A stretch of DNA of 29,243 nt from Clostridia bacterium (GTDB lineage Bacteria > Bacillota > Clostridia > Monoglobales > Monoglobaceae), in contig JAZSPE010000104.1 of NCBI GenBank assembly GCA_045537265.1, positions 1 through 29,243 of the forward strand, read 5' to 3'. The translations under genes and the position numbers were made by a program. The notes beneath the pieces were generated by a model. That model did not search any database. It was not told the DNA's origin and saw only the letters and a list, made by a program, of their open reading frames with translations. This document shows, one piece after another, positions 7,124 to 15,585 of the stretch (the stretch's first letter is position 1; each line of letters opens with the position of its first letter).

Positions 7124-8689
7124 TTATTTTGCGTAATCAACTGCTCTTGTCTCTCTGATAACATTAACCTTGATTTGTCCGGGATATTCCATCTCGTCCT
7201 CAATCTTCTTAACGATATCCTTTGCAAGTAAAACAGTTTCTTCATCCTTAACCTTATCCGGTTTAACGATGATTCTGATTTCGCGTCCTGCCTGAATTGC
7301 GAAAGAGCGTTCAACTCCGCCAAAGGAGTTTGCAATTCCTTCAAGGTTTTCAAGACGCTTGATATAAGATTCCAAGTTCTCTCTTCTTGCCGCAGGTCTT
7401 GCCGCAGAAATAGCATCTGCCGCCTGAACTAAGCAAGCTTCGATAGAATTTGGTTCAACATCGCCGTGGTGGGCCATAATCGCATGGATAACTCTCTCGT
7501 TTTCCTTATACTTTCTTGCCACATCAGCACCGATTGTAACATGGGATCCTTCAACATCGTGGTCAATTGCCTTACCGATATCGTGAAGGAGACCTGCTCT
7601 CTTTGCAAGAGCAACATCGGCGCCAAGCTCTGCTGCCATAAGGCCTGCTAAATGAGAAACCTCAATTGCATGTTTTAAAACATTCTGGCCATAGCTTGTT
7701 CTGTATTTAAGCTTACCGATAAGACGGATAAGCTCAGGATGAAGGCCGTGGACACCTGTATCAAAGGTAGCCTGTTCACCCTCTTCTTTAATAATCTGTT
7801 CAACCTCTTTCTGAGCCTTTTCAACAGTTTCTTCAATCCTGCCCGGATGAATTCTTCCGTCGGTTATAAGCTTTTCAAGAGACCTTCTTGCAACTTCACG
7901 GCGGACAGGGTCAAAGCCTGAAAGAATAACCGCCTCAGGAGTATCGTCGATAATTAAATCGACGCCTGTAAGGTTTTCGATTGTTCTTATGTTTCGTCCC
8001 TCACGGCCGATAATTCTTCCCTTCATTTCATCGTTAGGAAGATTTACAACCGATACAGTTGTTTCTGCAACATGGTCAGCGGCACAGCGCTGAATTGCGC
8101 CTGTGATAATATTTCTCGCCTTAGCATCCGCCTCTTCCTTGGCCTGGTCTTCAATGCTCTTAATAAGCATTGCAACCTCGTGGCGGGAATCGGTTTCAAC
8201 CTGCTCCATAATAATTCTTCTTGCCTCTTCGGCAGAAAGGTCAGCAACTTTTTCAAGCTGAGCCATCTGGAGCTTCTTAACCTGTTCAAGTTCAGCCTGA
8301 GTTTCATCAAGCTTTGCAAGTTTTTGCTGCATTAATTCTTCTTTTTCTTCAATGTTTTGTGCTTTCTTGTCAATTGTGTCTTCCTTTTGCTGAATTCTTC
8401 TTTCCTGTCTCTGAATTTCGTTGCGTCTTTCCTTGATTTCTCTGTCAAGTTCAGCGCGTCCTCTATGTATTTCCTCTTTTGCTTCTAACAATTTTTCTTT
8501 TTTAGCATTTTCTGCATTTCTTATTGCCTCAGATTTTGCGCCTTCGATAACACGCTTTGCTTCTTCTTCGGCACTTCCTATCTTTAATTCGGCAACTTTT
8601 TTACGGTATGAATATCCGTATTTAAAAGCCGAAATTCCAACTACACCGGCAAGAACAATACCTGCCACTATTGATATAATCAGTTCTAT
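7124..8689 (-). CDS. rny: Ribonuclease Y (probable ATA start at 8689; first canonical start is GTG at 8668)
   Basis: N-terminal TM helix, long coiled coil, KH domain ([13 protein letters not shown]) and HD domain (LLHDIGK). AGGAGG lies 8 nt before the ATA at 8689. Confidence 0.95.
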   Translation of the reverse strand: MELIISIVAGIVLAGVVGISAFKYGYSYRKKVAELKIGSAEEEAKRVIEGAKSEAIRNAENAKKEKLLEAKEEIHRGRAELDREIKERRNEIQRQERRIQQKEDTIDKKAQNIEEKEELMQQKLAKLDETQAELEQVKKLQMAQLEKVADLSAEEARRIIMEQVETDSRHEVAMLIKSIEDQAKEEADAKARNIITGAIQRCAADHVAETTVSVVNLPNDEMKGRIIGREGRNIRTIENLTGVDLIIDDTPEAVILSGFDPVRREVARRSLEKLITDGRIHPGRIEETVEKAQKEVEQIIKEEGEQATFDTGVHGLHPELIRLIGKLKYRTSYGQNVLKHAIEVSHLAGLMAAELGADVALAKRAGLLHDIGKAIDHDVEGSHVTIGADVARKYKENERVIHAIMAHHGDVEPNSIEACLVQAADAISAARPAARRENLESYIKRLENLEGIANSFGGVERSFAIQAGREIRIIVKPDKVKDEETVLLAKDIVKKIEDEMEYPGQIKVNVIRETRAVDYAK

Positions 8690-8809
8690 GGCTATCCCCT
8701 CCTATTTAATTTTTATTCTGCCCCCAAGGCAGTATATCTTAACGCTAATACTAAAAGAAAATACATATATTTTAAAGGTTTACACAAATTCTAAAACATA
8801 TACACTTTA

Positions 8810-8838
8810 ATTTTAATAAAAACTTAAACATATGTCAA
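8810..8838 (-). promoter_or_regulatory. Sigma-A promoter of rny-comF
   Basis: TTGACA (8838-8833), 17 bp, TAAAAT (8815-8810). Confidence 0.75.
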
Positions 8839-8857
8839 GCATTTTTTACAATTTAAA

Positions 8858-9100
8858 TTACTGTATAACCTCATAAAGACTTGCCACATCATTTTTAAGG
8901 GTTGTTTCCTTTATATCCGTAACCCTTATGCGAAAAGCCTTTGTCCCGAAGGCAACTTCAATCTCGTCTCCGATTTTAACATCATAAGAAGCCTTAACGA
9001 CTTTGCCGTTAACGCTGACTCTTCCGCCGTCGCAAGCTTCATTTGCAACGGTTCTTCTTTTTATAATTCTTGTGACTTTAAGATATTTATCAAGTCTCAT
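8858..9100 (-). CDS. yabO: RNA-binding S4 domain protein (YabO/RqcP/Hsp15 family)
   Basis: MRLDKYLKVTRIIKRRTVANEACDGGRVSVNGK...VKIGD; follows mazG with a TAATG overlap, matching the yabM-yabN-yabO order. Confidence 0.88.
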   Translation of the reverse strand: MRLDKYLKVTRIIKRRTVANEACDGGRVSVNGKVVKASYDVKIGDEIEVAFGTKAFRIRVTDIKETTLKNDVASLYEVIQ

Positions 9101-9795
9101 TATTTTGACTCGCTTTCGTATTTTTCATATTCTGAAATAAAGTTTGAGATTTCGCGGTTTAAGGCAACCTCAGCATCAACCCCCGCTTTTTTCGCAATGG
9201 TTACTATGCTAAAAAGGATTTGCCCAAGATATTTTTCCGCAACGAATTTATCCGTATTTTCATCAATCATTTTAAGCTTATTAAAAACAGAATCAGCAAC
9301 ATTCAGGTCGTTGAAAAGATACCCTGTTTTCGCGGCTTTTCCCTGAATTTTTTCCGCTCTTGTAAGGGACGGAAGGTATTTTGAAACCCCCCGAAGCTCC
9401 TCGGCAATCGTCTTTTGGTCACGATCATTTCTCTTAATTGCATCCCACATATCCAAAACGCCGTCAGCAGTTTTAATATCCTCTCCGCCGAAAATGTGTG
9501 GGTGGCGATGAATAAGCTTTTTGCAGATAGCGTCTGTTACATCGCTCATATCATATTCGCCGTTTTCTTTGCCAATCTGGGCATGGAAAACAACTTGAAG
9601 CAGAAGGTCTCCGCTTTCATCAGCCATTTTCGCTCCGTCCCCTGTGTCGATTGCTTCAATAAGCTCATAGCCTTCTTCCATTATGCTTCTTTTTATACTC
9701 TCGTGGGTCTGCTCTCTGTCCCAAGGGCAACCGCCTTCTGAGCGAAGCTTTTCCATAATGGAAAGTAAGTCTTCAAAAGTATATTTCCTACTCAT
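9100..9795 (-). CDS. mazG: MazG family nucleoside triphosphate pyrophosphohydrolase (no methylase domain; second domain degenerate)
   Basis: GCPWDREQTHES, EEGYELIEAI, GDLLLQVVFH, KLIHRHPHIF. Confidence 0.9.
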   Translation of the reverse strand: MSRKYTFEDLLSIMEKLRSEGGCPWDREQTHESIKRSIMEEGYELIEAIDTGDGAKMADESGDLLLQVVFHAQIGKENGEYDMSDVTDAICKKLIHRHPHIFGGEDIKTADGVLDMWDAIKRNDRDQKTIAEELRGVSKYLPSLTRAEKIQGKAAKTGYLFNDLNVADSVFNKLKMIDENTDKFVAEKYLGQILFSIVTIAKKAGVDAEVALNREISNFISEYEKYESESK

Positions 9796-9810
9796 ATTTT
9801 CTCCTTTTGC

Positions 9811-11538
9811 CTATTTTATAAGTCTGAATTTTCCAAGTATCTCGGCAAGTTTCTCCCCTTTTGGAAGTATTAAAATATCTTCACGCTTTATGGCTCTTAC
9901 CAAGAAAGCGGAAATTACATAAACAAGTCCTCCAACGCCAATGGTTACTATTGTTGCACCCCTTGAAATGCCGATTGCATTTTCCAAAAGGATTAAGACA
10001 AAGCCCATAACCAAGGCCGCAAAAAGTGGCTTTATAGCCGTATCCATCCAGTCAAAACGGATTTTAACCACTTTGATTATACAGATTATATTTATGAGGG
10101 CGATTATTCCATAGCAAACTATTGTTGCAATAGGCGCCCCGTCAATTCCCCATACGGGAATGAAGAAATAGTTCATTAAAACTTTGGCAACTCCTCCTGC
10201 AAGCATACTGAAAACAGGATAGTAAACTTTGCCGTAAGCCTGCAAAACTGCATTGGTTACCTGAACAATTGATACGAAAATTATAGCAATTGAGAGCTTT
10301 TCAAGAAGCATAAAAGCATCTGCGTCGCTGTATAAAAGGCCCAAAATCCCTTTTGATAAAGCGGAAAGGCCCACTGCACAAGGCAGAGCAAAAAGCACTG
10401 TTATTTTTATAAGGCTCTTTGTTATGGTTTTTGCTTCTCCCTCGCTTCTTCCTGCAATTGCAGAAGAAATGGCAGGAACAGCGCTCATACTAAGGGCAAC
10501 GATAATGGTAAGAGGCAGATTGAACATGGTCTGCGCCTGACCCGTATACATTCCGTAAAGAGTGTTTGCCTTCTTTTCAAGAATTTCTGCACCGCTCCAA
10601 GAGAGCTCAACCGCCTGATTATAAAACTCTGTTCCCTTTGCAAAAAGGAAGTCATATTTCTGGAATACATCGGGATTTACCACAAGTCTGTTCATAACAG
10701 TCGCCAAATCCACAAGGCTTGTTAAACTTGAAACCGCCGCTCCGATTGTGATTGGAATTGCGATTAAAACAAGCTCTTTTAAGATGTTTCGTCTTGTTCT
10801 TCCGCCAACTTCAAGGACTTTAAGGTTTTTCTCTTTTTTAAGATATGCCCCATAAACAATAACCATTAAAACAAGGGACATTGCCGCACCTATGCTGACG
10901 CCGAAAATGGCACCTGATGCAGAAAGGATTGTTCTGTCTAAAACTGACCGAACGGTTTTTGCGCCAAAGTCAACCATCACTCTAAGGTCTTTATCCACCG
11001 CCATATTCATAAAGAACATAGCAAGGACAATTCCCACCGCAAGCTTTGAAATTGCTTCAATAACCTCTGATGTCGCTGTGGGATACATATTCTGTCTGCC
11101 CTGGAAATAGCCGCGGAAAGCAGATACTATTGATGTGAAGAAGATGGTTGGAGCAATAACCTTGATGCAAAATGCAGCGTCACGATTTCCTAAGAAAACC
11201 GCAAGGTCGTCCGCGAATACAAAAAGGAGTGTCCCCCCTATAATTCCTATTGTCCCAAGAAGGATTGACGCAGTTTCAAAAACCTTTCTTGCGCCTTTCT
11301 CATCCCCTCTTGCCGTGCTTTCAGCAACCATTTTGGAAACAGCTGTCGGAAAGCCTGCCGTTGCGATAATGAACATAAAAGTATAGATTTGGTAAGCAAC
11401 ATTAAAAAGACCGCTTCCGTCTTTACCGATAAGCTCATAAAGGGGTATTTTAAAAACTGCCCCGATAATTTTGACTATGAAATTGGCGAGAGCCAATATG
11501 AGTGCACCTTTTATAAAGGTTTGACCGTTATTTTTCAA
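9811..11538 (-). CDS. SpoVB/YabM-like polysaccharide biosynthesis flippase (MOP superfamily)
   Basis: FIKGALILALANFIVKIIG, AGFPTAVSKMVA, RGYFQG and many TM helices. TTG start with SD AAGGAG; upstream of mazG like B. subtilis yabM. Confidence 0.82.
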   Translation of the reverse strand: MKNNGQTFIKGALILALANFIVKIIGAVFKIPLYELIGKDGSGLFNVAYQIYTFMFIIATAGFPTAVSKMVAESTARGDEKGARKVFETASILLGTIGIIGGTLLFVFADDLAVFLGNRDAAFCIKVIAPTIFFTSIVSAFRGYFQGRQNMYPTATSEVIEAISKLAVGIVLAMFFMNMAVDKDLRVMVDFGAKTVRSVLDRTILSASGAIFGVSIGAAMSLVLMVIVYGAYLKKEKNLKVLEVGGRTRRNILKELVLIAIPITIGAAVSSLTSLVDLATVMNRLVVNPDVFQKYDFLFAKGTEFYNQAVELSWSGAEILEKKANTLYGMYTGQAQTMFNLPLTIIVALSMSAVPAISSAIAGRSEGEAKTITKSLIKITVLFALPCAVGLSALSKGILGLLYSDADAFMLLEKLSIAIIFVSIVQVTNAVLQAYGKVYYPVFSMLAGGVAKVLMNYFFIPVWGIDGAPIATIVCYGIIALINIICIIKVVKIRFDWMDTAIKPLFAALVMGFVLILLENAIGISRGATIVTIGVGGLVYVISAFLVRAIKREDILILPKGEKLAEILGKFRLIK

Positions 11539-11611
11539 AAGTCTCAGCTCCTTATGTTTTTCTCCTTACTTAATCTATACGGAATTTCTTCCTCAAAAAC
11601 AACTGATTTTA

Positions 11612-12100
11612 TTAATCTTTTTCAATGGATACAACTGTTCCTGTTGTGCTTACATACTTTGTTTCAAAGGTAAGGTCTCCGCCCGTGCCTATAAATCTGT
11701 TGCTCAAAGTATAATATCCCGCGTCGCTTACGCTTCCGTCAGTTTCAACTTTTATGTGAACTGTGAATTTTTCAGGAACGGTGGTGAGTGCCGTTTTGCC
11801 GTTACTTTTTATACCTGTATCAGGTGTTGGCTCGACAGAAATAACCTCAACGATTTCCCCTAAATATTCCTTGGTTTCCTCGTCATACATTCCACCGAGG
11901 TTAAGTAGCCCGTCAACAGTATACTGCCGAACCTCTTCAACCTTAACTATATAGGAAAACTTTTGTGTTGTTGTTTCCACAACCGCAGGAGCCCCCGAAA
12001 ATCTTGCGTAAATTCCAACTGCTGTTGCAAGGATAACGATAACAACCAAAATATCAATAATGCTTACTTTTCCAAAAAGCTTGCCTTCTTTATTTATCAT
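11612..12100 (-). CDS. DUF4330-like membrane-anchored protein
   Basis: MINKEGKLFGKVSIIDILVVIVIL N-terminal signature followed by a beta-rich domain. ATG at 12100 has SD GGAGGTGA and is preferred over GTG 12109. Confidence 0.7.
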   Translation of the reverse strand: MINKEGKLFGKVSIIDILVVIVILATAVGIYARFSGAPAVVETTTQKFSYIVKVEEVRQYTVDGLLNLGGMYDEETKEYLGEIVEVISVEPTPDTGIKSNGKTALTTVPEKFTVHIKVETDGSVSDAGYYTLSNRFIGTGGDLTFETKYVSTTGTVVSIEKD

Positions 12101-12593
12101 TTTCCTCACCTCCGACTTTTTCTATAACAACAACATTTCCATATCCCGAAAAGCCTTTGCCCACAAAATTAAGTTCCTTGCCGATTTTGATTTTTGCAGT
12201 TCCGATAAGGAAATCTCTGTCGCTTTCATTAAGCTCTGCCTTAATTGTAAATGTCATATCATATCTGCCGATTTTCGGGACAGCTTCCTTTACCCCTGTT
12301 ATCGGGTTGGTATATTCCTCAGTCTCAGGAAGAACATTAACCTGTTCCAGAGTTCCCTCAACCTTTTCGCGAATTCCCATTTTAACCTTTGCGCCAACCT
12401 TGGCATTTTCAAGATACATATCTCTCATATTCTCATCAATGTCATCTTCCTCGATTGTAACTAAAACGGTGGTCTTTTCCGCCGTTGCAACAGTCCCTGA
12501 CTTGCTTCCGAGAATATAAAAGCCTAAAAACCCCACAGCAATAATCAAAACAATTATAAGAAAATCAACAATATTAAACCTTGGTTTTTCCAT
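12090..12593 (-). CDS. DUF4330-like membrane-anchored protein (second copy)
   Basis: RFNIVDFLIIVLII TM signature and the same architecture as its neighbour (…KIGKELNF…GYGNVV). Confidence 0.65.
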   Translation of the reverse strand: MEKPRFNIVDFLIIVLIIAVGFLGFYILGSKSGTVATAEKTTVLVTIEEDDIDENMRDMYLENAKVGAKVKMGIREKVEGTLEQVNVLPETEEYTNPITGVKEAVPKIGRYDMTFTIKAELNESDRDFLIGTAKIKIGKELNFVGKGFSGYGNVVVIEKVGGEENDK

Positions 12594-12607
12594 AATTTTC
12601 TTCCTTC

Positions 12608-13723
12608 CTATCTTTTCATCTGCTTTTCGTAAATTTCTTCAAGCTGTCTTGTCATCTTCTCCGCCGTAAACTTCTCTTTATAGTGAACATAGGCGGTTTC
12701 GGACATCTTCTCCAAAAGCGCTTTGTCTTCCATCAGAGTTTTCATTGCTTTATAAAGAGCCCTTGAATTCTGCTTTTTGCAAAGGAGACCGTTTTCTCCG
12801 TGGGTTACCATATACGGATTTCCCCCGTAAATACTTGCGATAGCAGGTTTTTTAAGGCTCATACCCTCAGAGAGAGCAAGGGATGATGTTTCCGTTCCGT
12901 AAGAACAGTTTACATTAACATCCATAATGTTATAAATGCTTGCAACATCTGTTATAAAGCCCGTGAAGATAACATTTTCTTCTATTTTAAGCTTCTTTGC
13001 CAGCTTGCGGAGATTCTCTTCCTCTGTGCCTGTTCCAACGATTAAGAACTTGGCTTTTGGATTTTCCTTGATTATCTTCGCCGCAGCTTCAATATAATAT
13101 TTATGGCCTTTAACCGCTTCAAGCCTTGCAATAATCCCGAAAACGAAATCGCTCTTTTTAAGGCCGTATTTTCTCCTAAGAGCTGTCTTTTCTTTTTCGC
13201 TTATTTCTGAAAGTGGCTCAACGCCGTTTATAATAACCGTTATTTTCTTTTCTGAAACCCCTGTGTCAGTAAGGTTTTCCTTTGCCGCCTCGGCAACTGC
13301 AACAATGTGAGTTGACAAGGTGTTATTGACAAAACCGTTTATCTGCTTAAAGGGGAATACCGTCATATATTTTGGCGGGTCATAGGCACAATGCCTTGTA
13401 TAAATTCTGCCCTTAACCCCTCGCATAAATGCGGCGATTTTACCGCTCATGGAAGAATGGGTGTGAACTATATCAGGCTTTTCCTTTTTGAAAATCTTGT
13501 AAAGCTCGAAAATACCTTTTATGTCCATTGACTTGTCCGCAAGATTTTCAGTTTCAATAACCTCATACCCTACATCTTCAATCCTTGGTTTTAAAAGGCT
13601 TCCTTTCGGAAGAATAACTTTTATTAAGAATTTCTCTCTGTCAAAATTTTTGAGATAGTTAACCAAAAGAGTTCCTGCACCACCGATATTGGTGTCAGTT
13701 AAAATATGCAAAACTTTTATCAT
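12608..13723 (-). CDS. Glycosyltransferase family 4 (GT-B)
   Basis: HILTDTNIGGAG, DIVHTHSS, IARLEAVKGH, ETSSLALSE (EX7E), GENGLL. Confidence 0.9.
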   Translation of the reverse strand: MIKVLHILTDTNIGGAGTLLVNYLKNFDREKFLIKVILPKGSLLKPRIEDVGYEVIETENLADKSMDIKGIFELYKIFKKEKPDIVHTHSSMSGKIAAFMRGVKGRIYTRHCAYDPPKYMTVFPFKQINGFVNNTLSTHIVAVAEAAKENLTDTGVSEKKITVIINGVEPLSEISEKEKTALRRKYGLKKSDFVFGIIARLEAVKGHKYYIEAAAKIIKENPKAKFLIVGTGTEEENLRKLAKKLKIEENVIFTGFITDVASIYNIMDVNVNCSYGTETSSLALSEGMSLKKPAIASIYGGNPYMVTHGENGLLCKKQNSRALYKAMKTLMEDKALLEKMSETAYVHYKEKFTAEKMTRQLEEIYEKQMKR

Positions 13724-15585
13724 TTTGTCTCCTCCTTGGCAATGTTTACCCCTGCAATTCCAAGAGCTAGTATAAACCAGAAAACCATGACAACACGATA
13801 GTTATAGAAGCAGTTGTCAAATAACCCCTGCACCATAAACGCACAAACCGCCGCGCCTATGGAAACCAAGAGTGTTTTAAGTCTTCTGCTCTGGGTAAGG
13901 TTATGCCCGAGGCATAACTGTTTGAACCAAAGGAACAAAATCAAAACGAAGTTTATAATTCCCCCAAGGCCTGTTTCAATCCAGACCTGCAAGAAAAGGT
14001 TATGAGAATGAGGAGCAACGACTGCGCTGTACGCATAGAAAGGATAAACCGCGTTGAAAGCCTCTTCTCCCATTCCTATTCCGCTGAGCCAGAAATCCTT
14101 CATCATAAGAATTGAGCCCATCCAGATAAAAACTCTGTATGAAGTTGAGCTGTCCGACATATCGCCGATGCTTGTCAGTCTTTGAAGGATAGTCTCTGGA
14201 ATTACAAAAGGTATAATCGGAAGCACTAAAAGAGCAAGGCCCCAGAGCTTTCCGCAAACGAATGTAACATAAATTGCCGCCGCAACAACTAATGCAATCC
14301 AGCAACCTCTTGAAAAAGTAAGAATCAAAACGATTCCCATAACTGCTGCTAAGGCGCCCCAGAAAATCTTAGAGCCCCAATTTTTCTCGGTCCACATAAT
14401 GCCTATGCAGACAGGGAGGACAAGGAGAATATATTCCCCTAAAACATTGGGATTTTCAAGGGTGGAATAAATTCGCATTGAAATTCCCTCAAACATTTCT
14501 GAATCAAGCCAGGCTTCCGCTCCGCCGGGTTTGAAAATATACTGATAAATTCCGTAAAGGCAAACGAAAAAGCCTGAGATTGCAAAGGTTTTTAGAAGGT
14601 CAAGGAACTGCTTTTTATTTCTTATGGTGTTTATAACCACATAGAAAAACACCATCATAACTGCATATATAAACCAAATCTGACTGCTCTTCCCTCTTGC
14701 AAAGGACATAAGAGCCGCCACGAAATAGATGAAAATCATCAGCATTATGAACATACCTACAATGCCAAACTTCCACTCAAAATTCTTGCTTGTTATAGCT
14801 TTTGCCACAAGTGAACAAGCGCAAAGGATGCAGAGCCCCGCAAGAACCATTGTGGGAATGAAAGGAGCCAGAAATGCCGTTACGAAAACTCCGAACTCCA
14901 CCTTATAGAAAACCATAGAAACAAAGAGGATTCCCATAACAAAAAGAAGTCCCATAAGCGGATGAATGAATACAGAAAGGAGGCCCATTAAAGCGCCGAA
15001 AATAGTGCAACAATAATATCTTGCCCTTGATTTACTGCACTTTGTCATATAATAGAACTTATAATTAAGCTCTGTCCCCAAAAAATATTCTGCAATACGG
15101 GAGGTTAAGGTCGGCTTAATATAATCTGTAATGTTTATATTAAGCACGGCAATACTTCCTGAGAAAATTGCCCCGAGGGTTGTCCACGGGTTAAAACCGC
15201 CACCCATAGCATAATTTAAAATGGTGTAAAGACCAAGCCATACGCCAAAGAGAATTCCCATAAATCTTAAATTAAGAGCAAGGAAATTATGAAGAAGATA
15301 TTTACAGGAGGTTATTAAAAATGAACGCTCTTTGCATTTGGTAAAAAACTCGTTCTTCTTCCCAAGTTTTTGGAGAAATTTAATATCAAGCCCCAAAACC
15401 TTATTGGAGATACTTCCTTCCTCAACATCGGCGTCAACCCGACGGAACCAGCTTGCGATCTTGCTTTTTGCCCACTTTGAAGAAATCCAGCTATAAACTG
15501 AGCATAAAGCCTTATAAATAAAACTGTTCTTTATTAAATTGTTCCAGATTAAAAGCCAAAGATACTGAAAATACCCTGTTTTCAT
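13720..15585 (-). CDS. O-antigen ligase/polymerase family membrane protein
   Basis: RIYSTLENPNVLGEY, LTFSRGCW, RVFIW…GIGMG and HSHNLFLQVWIETGLGG (Wzy_C-type motifs); ATGA overlaps at both ends. Confidence 0.85.
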   Translation of the reverse strand: MKTGYFQYLWLLIWNNLIKNSFIYKALCSVYSWISSKWAKSKIASWFRRVDADVEEGSISNKVLGLDIKFLQKLGKKNEFFTKCKERSFLITSCKYLLHNFLALNLRFMGILFGVWLGLYTILNYAMGGGFNPWTTLGAIFSGSIAVLNINITDYIKPTLTSRIAEYFLGTELNYKFYYMTKCSKSRARYYCCTIFGALMGLLSVFIHPLMGLLFVMGILFVSMVFYKVEFGVFVTAFLAPFIPTMVLAGLCILCACSLVAKAITSKNFEWKFGIVGMFIMLMIFIYFVAALMSFARGKSSQIWFIYAVMMVFFYVVINTIRNKKQFLDLLKTFAISGFFVCLYGIYQYIFKPGGAEAWLDSEMFEGISMRIYSTLENPNVLGEYILLVLPVCIGIMWTEKNWGSKIFWGALAAVMGIVLILTFSRGCWIALVVAAAIYVTFVCGKLWGLALLVLPIIPFVIPETILQRLTSIGDMSDSSTSYRVFIWMGSILMMKDFWLSGIGMGEEAFNAVYPFYAYSAVVAPHSHNLFLQVWIETGLGGIINFVLILFLWFKQLCLGHNLTQSRRLKTLLVSIGAAVCAFMVQGLFDNCFYNYRVVMVFWFILALGIAGVNIAKEETK

